Of a DNA stretch of 64,000 nucleotides, positions 20,026 through 31,949 are shown one piece after another. The stretch is from Candidatus Nomurabacteria bacterium RIFCSPHIGHO2_01_FULL_37_25. GTDB lineage: Bacteria; Patescibacteriota; Minisyncoccia; Phycocordibacterales; UBA9973. Every line of letters begins with the position of its first letter. Position 1 is the first letter of the stretch. The notes under the pieces were generated by a model, which was not told the origin of the DNA, did no database searches, and saw nothing but the letters and a program-made list of their open reading frames with translations. The stretch covers positions 34,105 to 98,104 of the forward strand of contig MFTH01000010.1 of NCBI GenBank assembly GCA_001786765.1, given 5' to 3'. The translations under genes and the position numbers were made by a program.

Positions 20026-20817
20026 TCACGAAACAATCACCGTAAACTCCCCTTTTTGTTTAACAGGGTTTTGAATTAAGTAATCTAAAATTTCTTTCGG
20101 CGTACCGGTTTTCAATTCTTCATAAATTTTTGTCAGTTCACGGGCGATACAGACTTTTTTATTGGGGCAAAATTTAGTGAGTGATTCTAAAGTTTTTAAA
20201 ATTCGATGTGGAGATTCGTAAAATACCATTGTTCTTTTTGATTCGGCAATTTCCTTAAATAAAGTTTCTCTGCCTTTTTTATGCGGTAAAAATCCTAAAA
20301 AAGTAAATTCGTGTGTCGGCAATCCAGAAGCAGAAAGCGCAGTGATAACAGCACTTGGTCCTGGTATAGGAATCACATCTACGACTATGTTAACATTCTC
20401 TGCGATAGCAGAGTTTGTTAAAAAGTTAAATTTTTCTCTAAACCCTTTAGAAGAAGGGTGAAGCGATTCAGCTTTGTTGAATTTAGCTTTTATCTCTGAG
20501 ACAAGCATAGCGCCAGGGTCTGATATCGTGGGAGTGCCAGCGTCAGAAACCAATGCCAAATTTTTCCCCCCTTCCAATAACTCAAAAATCTTTGCTAATT
20601 TACTGTTTTGTCTAGAGTTTTTCCCGGCAACATCGTCAGACGGATAGCTCATCGTTGGCGTATTAATATTGTATTTTTCTAAAATTTTTTTCGTCTGTCG
20701 CGTATCCTCACACAATATCAGATCAACACTTTTTAGTGTTTCAATCGCTCGGAGTGTGATATCCTGCAAATTCCCTATCGGCGTGGCAATAACATAAAAT
20801 TTAGACATTTTGATCAA
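20026..20817 (-). CDS. rsmI: 16S rRNA 2'-O-methyltransferase RsmI (tetrapyrrole-methylase family)
   Basis: YVIATPIGNLQDITLRAIETLKSVDLILCEDTR N-terminus. Confidence 0.85.
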   Translation of the reverse strand: MIKMSKFYVIATPIGNLQDITLRAIETLKSVDLILCEDTRQTKKILEKYNINTPTMSYPSDDVAGKNSRQNSKLAKIFELLEGGKNLALVSDAGTPTISDPGAMLVSEIKAKFNKAESLHPSSKGFREKFNFLTNSAIAENVNIVVDVIPIPGPSAVITALSASGLPTHEFTFLGFLPHKKGRETLFKEIAESKRTMVFYESPHRILKTLESLTKFCPNKKVCIARELTKIYEELKTGTPKEILDYLIQNPVKQKGEFTVIVS

Positions 20818-21071
20818 TTATACACATCATGGTCTCCTATAGCCAACAAAACTATTTCTTTTTTAGATTCATATTCAAATACAATACGTATTTTATAATT
20901 TACAGAAAAACTCCATTTATCTTTCATCGGTCCATGAAGTTTGTGAATTTTTAATACTGTCTGATCAGTAGAATTTTTAAAAATATCAATCTTAGATAAT
21001 ACTTCATCAAAAAGACTTTGCTCTAATTTATTAATTTGCTTAATAAACGAAGGCTTGAAAGATACTTGCAT
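20814..21071 (-). CDS. RelE/ParE-family type II toxin
   Basis: 85 aa, KIHKLHGPMKDKWSFSVNYKIRIVFEY...IGDHDVY pattern. Confidence 0.7.
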   Translation of the reverse strand: MQVSFKPSFIKQINKLEQSLFDEVLSKIDIFKNSTDQTVLKIHKLHGPMKDKWSFSVNYKIRIVFEYESKKEIVLLAIGDHDVYN

Positions 21072-21078
21072 AACATTA

Positions 21079-21288
21079 TTATTTAAATTTTTTCACTAAA
21101 TCCTTTAAATCCCCACGAAGAGTTGACTCTCGTTCAGCGCGAAGAACAGCGGCGACTGCTTCTTCTTCTGTAAGACGCTCTAAAGCTTTGCGCATAACTG
21201 CGGCTCTATTATTCGCGACACCAGACTTTACTAAATAATCCAAAGATAATTCTAATTTTGAATTCAAAGGCACAGATATTGTTGACAT
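21079..21288 (-). CDS. Ribbon-helix-helix (CopG/ParD-like) antitoxin
   Basis: 69 aa, ISVPL beta-strand plus helices; directly upstream of the RelE-like gene. Confidence 0.6.
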   Translation of the reverse strand: MSTISVPLNSKLELSLDYLVKSGVANNRAAVMRKALERLTEEEAVAAVLRAERESTLRGDLKDLVKKFK

Positions 21289-21379
21289 ATGATTATATAA
21301 TATTAACTTATAATACTATTATATAGTATAGTTTGATTATGAAATAGTCAAGTTAATCAGTACACTTTCATTCATATCT

Positions 21380-21871
21380 TTATCTCCTATATTTTCTAGC
21401 GCGCCATTTATCAGCGATTTTTACACGAGTAAGTGATCGCTCGAGTTCCGCTTCAAAATGTTCAAAATCTACATGTTCTTTATTCTGCATAGCCACCTTC
21501 ATCTCTTCTGCTCGAGTTTTTGCTTTTTCTATTTTCTCGTCTGAAATTTCAAATACATGTTCTGCAAAATCAGCCAAAATAGCCACTTCTGTCACATAAT
21601 CTAAACTTTTCCCCGACGCTTCTGGTCGGGGTTCCGACCCTTCTAGGCATCGGGATTTTATTTCCACAAAACCACCAGAAACTGCCATTGGTATATTCTC
21701 GCCTTTTGAGATTCCCACCACATCTCCCGAAGCAAGACCCACAATAAGAGGTATGTGCCCCGGCAAAACAGAGATTTCACCCTCCGTAGTGGGTATAACA
21801 ACTTCATCCACCATCTCTTCTAACACAAGACGTTCTGGGGTAACTATTTTTAATTTTAATTGTTTTGCCAT
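21380..21871 (-). CDS. atpC: ATP synthase F1 epsilon subunit (probable start MAKQLKLKIV; ORF track extends to 21949); carries a 17-aa in-frame insertion encoded by a GC-rich double hairpin
   Basis: Epsilon beta-sandwich and C-terminal helices; inserted SRCLEGSEPRPEASGKS segment encoded by 21611-21655. Confidence 0.85.
   Translation of the reverse strand: MAKQLKLKIVTPERLVLEEMVDEVVIPTTEGEISVLPGHIPLIVGLASGDVVGISKGENIPMAVSGGFVEIKSRCLEGSEPRPEASGKSLDYVTEVAILADFAEHVFEISDEKIEKAKTRAEEMKVAMQNKEHVDFEHFEAELERSLTRVKIADKWRARKYRR
21611..21655. repeat. GC-rich double-hairpin palindromic element (family P2), in-frame inside atpC
   Basis: CCCCGACgcttctgGTCGGGG plus a second CCGAC..TCGGG hairpin; ~60% GC in an AT-rich gene; copies at 47574-47618 and 36083-36122. 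Confidence 0.7.
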
Positions 21872-21997
21872 ATGTTTTTTGAAAATAAAATAGTTCTTTA
21901 GAAAAGCCTTGCGCAGGCTGTCGAGCCGAGCAGTTCGCTGGCGTAGCAACGCCAGATAGATTGCTTTTATAAAGAATCTATTTTATTTTCAAAGAAA

Positions 21998-23377
<1,380 letters not shown>

Positions 23378-23401
23378 TTATAATAAATTATTGTGTTCAT
23401 A

Positions 23402-24298
23402 TCAGCTAACTGATGCCATTCCAGCGCTAATTTCTGATATTTCCCGCGTAATATTCGACTGACGGGCTTTGTTAAACACTAAAGTTAAATCATCTATCAT
23501 TTCTCCACTTGCCTCTGATGCGTTTTTCATAGCTATCATTCTACTAGACTGTTCGGAAGCGTTTGATTCAAGAAACATTTGGTATATCTGCATTCTGGTT
23601 AATTTCTCCGCTAAACTTTCGATTAATTTTTCTTTATCTCCCTCAAATAAATAATCAATCTTAGTATTTTTTGCGAGATCTTCTTCTTTGTCCAAGGATT
23701 CAATTAGGTTTTTTAAATCTGTTTTATGAACGGGCAATATTTGTTTCAAATTTGGTTTTTGGGTCAAAGCAGAAATAAAATCCGTATAAGCAACTAAAAC
23801 TTTGTCATAATTTTCTTTTTTGTATTCATCAATCACCATTTTCGAAACAGGTAGAATACTAGAGAGAGTTATATCATCTGCCAAGTCAGTAAAACTCGCG
23901 ACAATGTTCCTGCCTAAACGACGCATGCCGACATCTCCCTTTTTCCCGATTGAAAGAATGTCTATATTAATATTTTTATTCTCTGACTTCAATAATAAAA
24001 TAGCTTTCTTGATGACTTGCGCATTATAGACTCCACACAAACCCCTGTTTGAGGTTATCAACACTAGTAAAACATTTTTTATTTTTCGTTCTGTAAAAAG
24101 CGGGTGAGCTAACTCTTCTAAATTTTTAGCAATAGAAGTTAAAATCTCCCAAGAATATTCGGCATATAGTCGGCTAGCCAAAGCGCTAGAAACTGCGCGC
24201 TTCATCTTTGAAGCCGCCACCAACTCCATCGCCTTGGTGATTTTTTTTGTATTTTTGATACTCTTTATTCTTCTTTTTATTTCCTTTGTGCCTGCCAT
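23402..24298 (-). CDS. atpG: ATP synthase F1 gamma subunit
   Basis: Gamma-subunit homology. Confidence 0.9.
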   Translation of the reverse strand: MAGTKEIKRRIKSIKNTKKITKAMELVAASKMKRAVSSALASRLYAEYSWEILTSIAKNLEELAHPLFTERKIKNVLLVLITSNRGLCGVYNAQVIKKAILLLKSENKNINIDILSIGKKGDVGMRRLGRNIVASFTDLADDITLSSILPVSKMVIDEYKKENYDKVLVAYTDFISALTQKPNLKQILPVHKTDLKNLIESLDKEEDLAKNTKIDYLFEGDKEKLIESLAEKLTRMQIYQMFLESNASEQSSRMIAMKNASEASGEMIDDLTLVFNKARQSNITREISEISAGMASVS

Positions 24299-24302
24299 AA
24301 AA

Positions 24303-25823
24303 TTATATAAAAGATTTTTTGAAATCTGCTATCACTTTTTTTAACTCTTCTTCTCCTTTTTCACTCCACATTTTCTGTTCTTTTATTTCTTTATAAAAGT
24401 TCTTGGCATTAGCTTCGCTATAATCTATCAATCCAGCCTCAAAAGTTTTAATTTTTTCTACTGGAACATCATCCATAAAACCTTTAGTCAAAGCATAAAA
24501 CACCACAATCTGATGCTCCATTTTCATTGGAGAATATTGAGATTGTTTTAATATTTCTATTGATCTTTTTCCCCTTTCGAGTTGGCGTTTTGTAGATTCA
24601 TCTAAATCAGAACCGAATTGCGCAAAAGCTTCAAGCTCTCGATACTGCGCAAGGTCTAGTTTCAAAGTTCCAGCCACTTTTTTCATAGCTTTTATTTGCG
24701 CATTTGAGCCGACACGAGACACAGAACTTCCGACATTGACCGCCGGACGAATACCTTTATAAAATAAATCAGTTTCTAAGAAAATCTGTCCATCAGTGAT
24801 AGAAATCACATTTGTCGGAATATAAGCTGTAATGTCTCCCGCTTGGGTTTCAATAATTGGAAATGCGGTGATTGACCCTCCGCCATATTTTTCATTTCTT
24901 CGACAAGCGCGTTCAAGCAAACGAGAATGTAAATAAAAAACATCTCCCGGATAAGCTTCACGCCCCGGCGGACGACGAAGAAGCAGAGAAATTTCACGAT
25001 AAGCTACCGCATGTTTTGAAAGGTCATCATAAATAATTAACACATCTTTGCCTTGATCCATAAAATATTCCGCAATTGAAACTCCGGTATACGGAGCAAT
25101 ATAAGAAAAAGCGGCTGATTCAGAAGCGCCAGCTGACACGATGACCGTATAGGCCATCGCTCCGCCTTCTTCTAAACGGACTTGGAGTTTTCTAAGTTTA
25201 GAATCTTTTTGACCGATTGAAACATAAACACAAATCATATTTTGACCTTTTTGATTTAAAATCGCATCGATTACAAGCGCAGTTTTCCCAGTCTGACGAT
25301 CGCCAATGATAAGTTCACGCTGACCACGACCGACGGGAATAATAGCGTCAATGGCTTTAATCCCAGTCGCGACAGGCTCACTCACGCTTTGTCTGGTTAT
25401 AACCCCGGGCGCAACTTTTTCAATCGGATAAGCCGAAGGTCCTGAGTTTTTCGAAGGATTATCTGCTTTTATAATTCCCTTGCCATCAATCGGGGTACCG
25501 ATAGCGTTCACCACTCTACCTATGATAGAATCAGAAACCGGAACTTCAAGAATTCTGCCAGTTGCTTTGACTTGATCGCCTTCTTTTATTTTTGAATAAT
25601 CTCCTAATATGATAACTCCCACGGAGTCTTCTTCAAGATTCAACACCACACCCACTTCAGCATTCGGAAAAGTAACCATTTCAGAAGATTTAACATCAGA
25701 AAGACCAGAAATTTTGGCAATACCGTCAAAAACCTCAATCACATTGCCGACTTTTTCTACTTTGAGAATAGATTTGAAGTTTTCAATTTCCTTTTTTAAG
25801 TTTTCTACAATGTGATTATTCAT
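24303..25823 (-). CDS. atpA: ATP synthase F1 alpha subunit
   Basis: Walker A GDRQTGKT and full homology. Confidence 0.97.
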   Translation of the reverse strand: MNNHIVENLKKEIENFKSILKVEKVGNVIEVFDGIAKISGLSDVKSSEMVTFPNAEVGVVLNLEEDSVGVIILGDYSKIKEGDQVKATGRILEVPVSDSIIGRVVNAIGTPIDGKGIIKADNPSKNSGPSAYPIEKVAPGVITRQSVSEPVATGIKAIDAIIPVGRGQRELIIGDRQTGKTALVIDAILNQKGQNMICVYVSIGQKDSKLRKLQVRLEEGGAMAYTVIVSAGASESAAFSYIAPYTGVSIAEYFMDQGKDVLIIYDDLSKHAVAYREISLLLRRPPGREAYPGDVFYLHSRLLERACRRNEKYGGGSITAFPIIETQAGDITAYIPTNVISITDGQIFLETDLFYKGIRPAVNVGSSVSRVGSNAQIKAMKKVAGTLKLDLAQYRELEAFAQFGSDLDESTKRQLERGKRSIEILKQSQYSPMKMEHQIVVFYALTKGFMDDVPVEKIKTFEAGLIDYSEANAKNFYKEIKEQKMWSEKGEEELKKVIADFKKSFI

Positions 25824-26229
25824 ATTCAGTTTTTAAATGTTCTTGTAATTTATAAATTTTATTTTTAAGAGTCAAGTCGATTAATTCATTGTTCACTTCC
25901 ATATTGAATCCTCCTAATAATTTATCGTCGAGGTATTCTAAAAAAATAAATTCTTTGTCTCCGTAACGCTTTTTTAATATTTTTTCCAAATGGTCTTTAT
26001 GGTCATGACTTAATTTATATTTGCTCCAAATTTTTACTTCCACAACACCATTTGCATGATTGACTATATTATTCAAACTCTGAAGTATGTTTTTACTTTT
26101 AGACAACATCCTGCGACGAAATAAAAAATTCACAACATTTTTTATAACGGTGTGTTGTTCTGTGGTATGTTTATCCTTCACCGCCAAATATATGGCGCGA
26201 GCTATGTTATTGTTTGAAACAGTAGCCAT
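25816..26229 (-). CDS. atpH: ATP synthase delta (OSCP) subunit, short
   Basis: Operon position between atpF and atpA; OSCP-like helical protein. Confidence 0.7.
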   Translation of the reverse strand: MATVSNNNIARAIYLAVKDKHTTEQHTVIKNVVNFLFRRRMLSKSKNILQSLNNIVNHANGVVEVKIWSKYKLSHDHKDHLEKILKKRYGDKEFIFLEYLDDKLLGGFNMEVNNELIDLTLKNKIYKLQEHLKTEYE

Positions 26230-26231
26230 AA

Positions 26232-26723
26232 TTATAAATCTTTTAATTCTTGCAATACTTTTTCATCGAAATTCTTGTCGTTTTTGGCGCCCAGTAATTT
26301 TTCCGTAGCCAACATAACCAAAGACACAATTTCATTTTTAGCTCCTTCGACTAATGCTTTTTTGTCAATTTCCATTTGCTCAATTCTCTTTTTTGTCCAC
26401 TGCTCATTATCCATTTTTATTCTATCCAGATTTTTTGCTCTCAATTGTTCTAAATCTTTTTGAAGTTCTTTTTGGGCGTCTATGCTTATTTGTCTTAATT
26501 TTATTGTATTCTTGTCATATTCTAGAGTAGCTTTTTGCAACAACTCGTTAGATTTTTTTGCATCGCTAAGACCCATTTCTATCTTTTCTCCCCGCTCTTT
26601 CATAAGTTTACCAAGAGGCTTGAGCGCGTAAAAATACAAAACAACAAAAACAACTCCGAAATTAATCGCCTGAGTTATAATTATTTTCCAATCTATGTGA
26701 AATGTGGAAATAATTGATTCCAT
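26232..26723 (-). CDS. atpF: ATP synthase Fo b subunit
   Basis: N-terminal TM then long charged helix. Confidence 0.85.
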   Translation of the reverse strand: MESIISTFHIDWKIIITQAINFGVVFVVLYFYALKPLGKLMKERGEKIEMGLSDAKKSNELLQKATLEYDKNTIKLRQISIDAQKELQKDLEQLRAKNLDRIKMDNEQWTKKRIEQMEIDKKALVEGAKNEIVSLVMLATEKLLGAKNDKNFDEKVLQELKDL

Positions 26724-26733
26724 TTCACTTTTA

Positions 26734-26973
<240 letters not shown>

Positions 26974-27046
26974 TTAAATAATAATATTTTTTTCCAACAA
27001 AGACGAGCAAACGCCTTTGGAGGAAACTTCGACTAATAATTTATAA

Positions 27047-27892
27047 CTAAACTGAAACTAATTGTTTTTCGTGATGTTCGGCATCATGCTCATCATGGTC
27101 TGTAGCTGAAATCGTAAAATAAACAACTAGCAACATTGAGAATATGAGCGCTTGAATCACTCCCACAAGTATTTCCAAAAAAAGAAAAGGTATCGGAATG
27201 ACATATGCCACGAGGGCTGCCATAGATGCCAATAAAACTTCCCCGGCAAATACATTGCCAAAAAGACGAAAAGAGAGTGAAGCGATTTTGGCAAATTCAC
27301 CGATAATCTCTAACAAGCCAACAAAGAACGTGACTGGAGCTGTAACAATCACCATTTTATCTCTTTTTATTTTGGTAAATATTTCTCCAAGCACCTTTAG
27401 ATTAACATATTTGTTAAAAGTTTTCCAGATGCCAATCGAAAAAATGCCAAAGAGGTTCGCTCCCACCACCGCCATCACCGCAAGCGCGATTGTTGTGTTC
27501 ATGTCCGCTGTGCCTCCGCGAAGAAATGGAATAAAAGAAAGTCCGTGTTCCCCTTCTTCTATAAGTCCAAAACCGCCAAGTGGAAGTATCCCGAGCCAAT
27601 TATTAATAAGAATAAAAAAGAAAACCGAAATAGCAATGGGGAAAATTTTCATAGAAAGCGCACGGCTATTTGTCACTTGGTCACACAGTGACAAAGCGCC
27701 ATCCACAATAATTTCAAAAATACTTTGTAATTTGTTGGGAATTTCTTTTAGTTGAATTCGTAAGACAAATGCTAAAATTATAATAATCCCCACAACTATC
27801 CAAGAAGAAAAGAGCGCGTTAGTGACAGTAAAATTTCCAAAGTGAAATATCGGTTCCGCAAATAATGTAATTTCGTGAGATATTTTTTCCAT
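27047..27892 (-). CDS. atpB: ATP synthase Fo a subunit
   Basis: Polytopic membrane protein with conserved Arg region (FRLFGNVFAGE). Confidence 0.9.
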   Translation of the reverse strand: MEKISHEITLFAEPIFHFGNFTVTNALFSSWIVVGIIIILAFVLRIQLKEIPNKLQSIFEIIVDGALSLCDQVTNSRALSMKIFPIAISVFFFILINNWLGILPLGGFGLIEEGEHGLSFIPFLRGGTADMNTTIALAVMAVVGANLFGIFSIGIWKTFNKYVNLKVLGEIFTKIKRDKMVIVTAPVTFFVGLLEIIGEFAKIASLSFRLFGNVFAGEVLLASMAALVAYVIPIPFLFLEILVGVIQALIFSMLLVVYFTISATDHDEHDAEHHEKQLVSV

Positions 27893-27895
27893 AAA

Positions 27896-28144
27896 TTATT
27901 TTTCCTTATTTAAATCTTTTAATTCTTTAACATATTTTCGGATAACTCGCACAATGCCAAAACATGAAAACAAAAAACCAAACAGAGCCAGAACGAGGAA
28001 TATGACCGGCTTCGTCCCGTAATGTTTGTCTAACATCTTACCAAATATTAGAGCTAAAACAATAGGAAATGCGATCCATGTAGAAACTTGAGTAAATAAA
28101 AAAACAGCTGGTTGCCAATATCTTTTATTTTTATTTTCTTCCAT
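27896..28144 (-). CDS. AtpZ/AtpI-like small membrane protein preceding the atp operon
   Basis: 82 aa, two TM helices, position upstream of atpB. Confidence 0.45.
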   Translation of the reverse strand: MEENKNKRYWQPAVFLFTQVSTWIAFPIVLALIFGKMLDKHYGTKPVIFLVLALFGFLFSCFGIVRVIRKYVKELKDLNKEK

Positions 28145-28149
28145 GTGAA

Positions 28150-28365
28150 CTAATTATACACTTTGCACAAACTTTTTTCGAGGGGAATTGGTCTAGTTTT
28201 TAAGTAGTGAAAATAATCCTTATCACTCTTGAAAGTATTTTCGCCGTGTATTATGAATAGTTGTGTTTTCTTTTTCATAAATCTAATATATCTATCTTGG
28301 AACGGCTTAACTTCTAATTTTTTCTTTCCATCTTTCATTATATTCTGCTCGTGTTTCTGATTCAT
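28150..28365 (-). CDS. Hypothetical small protein (possibly a gene fragment)
   Basis: 71-aa ORF, no clear domain. Confidence 0.25.
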   Translation of the reverse strand: MNQKHEQNIMKDGKKKLEVKPFQDRYIRFMKKKTQLFIIHGENTFKSDKDYFHYLKTRPIPLEKSLCKVYN

Positions 28366-28370
28366 TCATA

Positions 28371-29336
28371 TTATTTCAGCATCTGTGTTATCAAAGAAAC
28401 CATCAAATCTTTTTTGTTGGGATTACTCTCAGCAATTAGAAGTGTGAGTGCTGTAAGCGCATTTGGATTTATTTTTCTTATGGTTTTTATTCTCGTCTTC
28501 TTTAGAAACCAAATAAAAGCAAAAGCGCCAGAGCGTTTGTTGCCATCTATAAACGGATGATTTTTTACCATAAAATACAGCAAATGCGCCGCCTTTTCTT
28601 CAATGGTTTTATAAACTGGATTTCCGTCAAATGCTTGCATTACATTACCAACTATCCCTTCAACGCTCCCCTTCTTTCTTTCTTGAGCAAAAATATCTGT
28701 CATGTCGCCAGTTTTCATTAATTCTTTGCGTAAATTCAAAATTCCATTCATCAATTCTTCACCATTCAACTTGATTGATTTTTTATTCACACCAATCGGG
28801 CTTAAAGTCTCTTTATCGTACGCATCAAGCGATACCCAAGTACTAGAAAATTCTTTAATTAATTCAATCACTGCTTTTGGGTCAAGTGTAATATGCTCTG
28901 GTAATAACATTTGAATATCACCCACCGACTTCATAAAGGCATCATAATTATTCCCAATTTGTTTGCGATTTATTGTATAACCTTTAACAATATGTTCACG
29001 AATAATTTTCGTAGCCCATTTACGAAATTCCATTGCGCGTTTTGAATTAGTTCTGTAACCAACGGCTAGGATAATATCAAGAGAATAAACATTCACTGGT
29101 TTATCTGAATTTGTAATGTGCATTTTTTGCACATTGCTTTTTCCATCAATTTCCCGATCTTTGAGAATGTTCTTTATATGTTTTGTAACAACGGAACGAT
29201 CGGTTTGAAAAGCTTTAGCAATTTGAGCTTGTGTGGCCCAAATTGTCTCTTTCTTAAAATCCCCCCGAAGTTCTATAGCTCCGTTTTTTGCTTGATAAAT
29301 TACAATATTATTTTGTATAATTTTCTTCTTCATCAC
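28371..29336 (-). CDS. RhuM-family virulence protein with C-terminal Fic/DOC domain
   Basis: RhuM N-domain (TQAQIAKAFQTDRSVVTKHIKNIL), Fic motif HPFIDGNKRSGAFAFIWFL. Confidence 0.75.
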   Translation of the reverse strand: MMKKKIIQNNIVIYQAKNGAIELRGDFKKETIWATQAQIAKAFQTDRSVVTKHIKNILKDREIDGKSNVQKMHITNSDKPVNVYSLDIILAVGYRTNSKRAMEFRKWATKIIREHIVKGYTINRKQIGNNYDAFMKSVGDIQMLLPEHITLDPKAVIELIKEFSSTWVSLDAYDKETLSPIGVNKKSIKLNGEELMNGILNLRKELMKTGDMTDIFAQERKKGSVEGIVGNVMQAFDGNPVYKTIEEKAAHLLYFMVKNHPFIDGNKRSGAFAFIWFLKKTRIKTIRKINPNALTALTLLIAESNPNKKDLMVSLITQMLK

Positions 29337-29549
29337 ATAATTTTTACCACATTAAATCATTACTGTAAATGCTTCATCTGGTGCATTCAACCACTATAAA
29401 ATCAAGAATTATGTGTGTAAAATCCATAGTTTTGTTGGGTGATGTTATCTTAACCTTTACGCGAAATTATTTCAAATAAGGTGAAGTGTTTTCTTCAGGG
29501 ATTGGTTTTTGGGCTGTATTTTGGTCATTGGGTATATTTTATATATTAT

Positions 29550-30398
29550 CTATTCACAAAACACCACTTCTTCTACGGGAATTTCTAATTGCTCCGCAAA
29601 CCAAGCTCTTGCCGTTTCCTGATCACCCAATGCATCAACCAATTTATTTTCAAGCGCAAGTGCGCCGGGCATTGAAGAACCATCAGCAAGTTTCGCAACT
29701 TGCTCAACTGGTAAATTTCTATTTTCCGCGACTTCTTTTATAAATTGCTCGTGATAGATTTTTAAATCGCGTTCAATCAAATCTCGCTCCGCAGGTGTAA
29801 GTGGCTTATCAGGATTTCCATAATCTTTAAATTTTGCGGATGCAAGCGAAACATATTGCAACCCTTCTTTAGTATTTTTGGCAGTATTTTCTAAATAAGA
29901 CAGGGTGATGCCGATACTTCCCACATCAGAAAGAGGAGAAGCGATTATTTTTTCAGCGCCTGTGGCTAAGAGATACGCGCCCGAAGTTCCCATTTCCCGT
30001 ATAAGAGCTACAACTGGTAATGAAGAATTTTTGAATCCATTTGCAATAATTTCTGAAGCAACTGGCGAACCACCACTAGAATCAATGCGAGCTAAAACAC
30101 CTAGGACATTCGGATCACTTTCAGCCCATCGAAGTGTATCCAGTGTATCGTCAGGATTCGTTGAAGGGGGCATTTCGTTTCCACTTCCGTCCTCATAAAC
30201 TCCAGCATAAGGGACAATATCTCCAGTTATTGGAATTACAGCAATGTTGCAAGAACCATCACTTATCATTGTGCTTGCGTTATATCCACTCCATTCGTCA
30301 TGCCATGAACCAAATATTCGAAGTCCAACAGCAAATACGACAATTATCGCTAAAGCCCATAGCGTAATTATTTTTAGTTGTGGCTTAATTGTTTCCAT
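29550..30398 (-). CDS. sppA: Signal peptide peptidase SppA (S49, 36K type)
   Basis: N-terminal TM, S49 catalytic-serine region (IASPLSDVGSIGI). Confidence 0.8.
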   Translation of the reverse strand: METIKPQLKIITLWALAIIVVFAVGLRIFGSWHDEWSGYNASTMISDGSCNIAVIPITGDIVPYAGVYEDGSGNEMPPSTNPDDTLDTLRWAESDPNVLGVLARIDSSGGSPVASEIIANGFKNSSLPVVALIREMGTSGAYLLATGAEKIIASPLSDVGSIGITLSYLENTAKNTKEGLQYVSLASAKFKDYGNPDKPLTPAERDLIERDLKIYHEQFIKEVAENRNLPVEQVAKLADGSSMPGALALENKLVDALGDQETARAWFAEQLEIPVEEVVFCE

Positions 30399-30705
30399 AA
30401 GGTTAATTTTAGCATTTTTAATGCTTACATAAAAGTTTGATTTAAAAAAGATACAATTTCTCTATATCATTATTTTTTCTTTCTGATATACTTTAGAAGT
30501 ACTTTTATGCTTTCTAAAACATCATTAATTTCTAAATTTTCAAAATTATTACTCACCATAGAATTTTTAGTGGCAATTTGCTTGACATTGCACCTGTGGG
30601 AAACTTTGACTTTTGAATTAAATTTTGTTAGTATTTAGGTAAGCAAGTAATTCCCCGAACGTGAGGCTCCGTATGGTTCCTCTATATAGCGTTCGGGGAT
30701 TTGCT

Positions 30706-31356
30706 TTATCCAAAAAGTGGATTTTCCTCAACAATATCAGATTTAATAATATTGTAATAACTCTCATCTCCATGTTCATATTTCCTAAATATCGCCCACG
30801 ACAACATATCAACAACCTGTAAGGCCTTTTCTTGTGTTGTAGATTTTATTTCAATATCTATATCAATTTTGTGATTATTTTTTGTCTGACTTTTTAGGTA
30901 AGTAGTGAAATTTTGATTCAAAAACTTGTTTGTCTCTCGTCGTGAAGCAATCAGAGAAATTTTCTCGTCAGTGGGAATAAGTTTTTTAGTATAAACACGA
31001 TCTAAAAGAATATTTGTGACATAATTATATAAAACCTGTTTCTCATCTTGTAGTTTTGTATATACTTTTTTCTTATTCAAATATATAACTAGAACATTTG
31101 ACATGTTTTTCTCTCTAAATAAATTCAGCAATTTTTGTCTTGTCTTTGGAGTTTCCTTGAAAGCATGCAAGACCCCGTTATGATTTTTGACTTCAGTTTT
31201 TGAAAAACCTTTAAAAATCTTTTTTACAATTCTTTCGATTAAAACCTTCTCTTTTACAAATAAAAAAGTGATAATAAAATATTTTGAAGTTTTTTTCTTC
31301 TTAAAATTAAAACCAAGATCCCCGCTTTCGTCTAGGAATATATACGCCATTGTCAA
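30706..31356 (-). CDS. DUF3800-family protein
   Basis: N-terminal IFLDESGDLGF motif characteristic of DUF3800. Confidence 0.6.
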   Translation of the reverse strand: MTMAYIFLDESGDLGFNFKKKKTSKYFIITFLFVKEKVLIERIVKKIFKGFSKTEVKNHNGVLHAFKETPKTRQKLLNLFREKNMSNVLVIYLNKKKVYTKLQDEKQVLYNYVTNILLDRVYTKKLIPTDEKISLIASRRETNKFLNQNFTTYLKSQTKNNHKIDIDIEIKSTTQEKALQVVDMLSWAIFRKYEHGDESYYNIIKSDIVEENPLFG

Positions 31357-31376
31357 ATATTTCTTGAAACTCTTTT

Positions 31377-31943
31377 TTAACTACCTATTTTTATTGATAA
31401 TATTTTTTCAAAAAAACTAATAATGGAATAAGTCATTAAACCAACAAAAAAATTTATAGATGGTAAGAGGTGGTAAAATAATATAGACTTAGGTTCAGAT
31501 ATATTTTCATTAAAAATTACAAATATCAACAACGATGAAAATAATATAAATATTGAATAAGAAAAATAGGCTAATTCTATGTCTTTCCCAGATTTTTCCT
31601 TAAAACCACTTGAAATAAAAATAAAATTACGAACAAGTAAACCAAGTAATCCTGTTGCTAAACTTAATACAAACCAGCCAATTAAGGTAAAATCAATAAT
31701 GAAATTCCAGGGACATAAAATAACTAATGCAAATAAAAATAAAGCGATAATTATACTAACTAACCATTTCGAAACTTTGTCACGCTCGGGCTTATAATCT
31801 TTTTTCTTATCCCAATTTTCGCACTGTTCTTTTATAAACTTCTTTATAGACTTTTCTTCGCCTTCAATTTCAATGATATTTTTGTTTTTATCTATCTTAA
31901 TTTTGGTCATATGTGTGCATAAATTTCTTTTAATATTTAACAA
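31377..31943 (-). CDS. Hypothetical 4-TM membrane protein
   Basis: Charged N-terminal region then four hydrophobic helices; co-operonic with the flanking genes. Confidence 0.45.
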   Translation of the reverse strand: MLNIKRNLCTHMTKIKIDKNKNIIEIEGEEKSIKKFIKEQCENWDKKKDYKPERDKVSKWLVSIIIALFLFALVILCPWNFIIDFTLIGWFVLSLATGLLGLLVRNFIFISSGFKEKSGKDIELAYFSYSIFILFSSLLIFVIFNENISEPKSILFYHLLPSINFFVGLMTYSIISFFEKILSIKIGS

Positions 31944-31949
31944 ACAATT

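Noticed and set aside
27198-27755. 185-aa plus-strand ORF antisense to atpB
   Set aside because: atpB on the minus strand is unambiguous; the antisense frame has low complexity.
30618-30815. 65-aa minus-strand ORF overlapping the 3' end of the DUF3800 gene and the long hairpin
   Set aside because: It overlaps a real gene and a structured non-coding segment.
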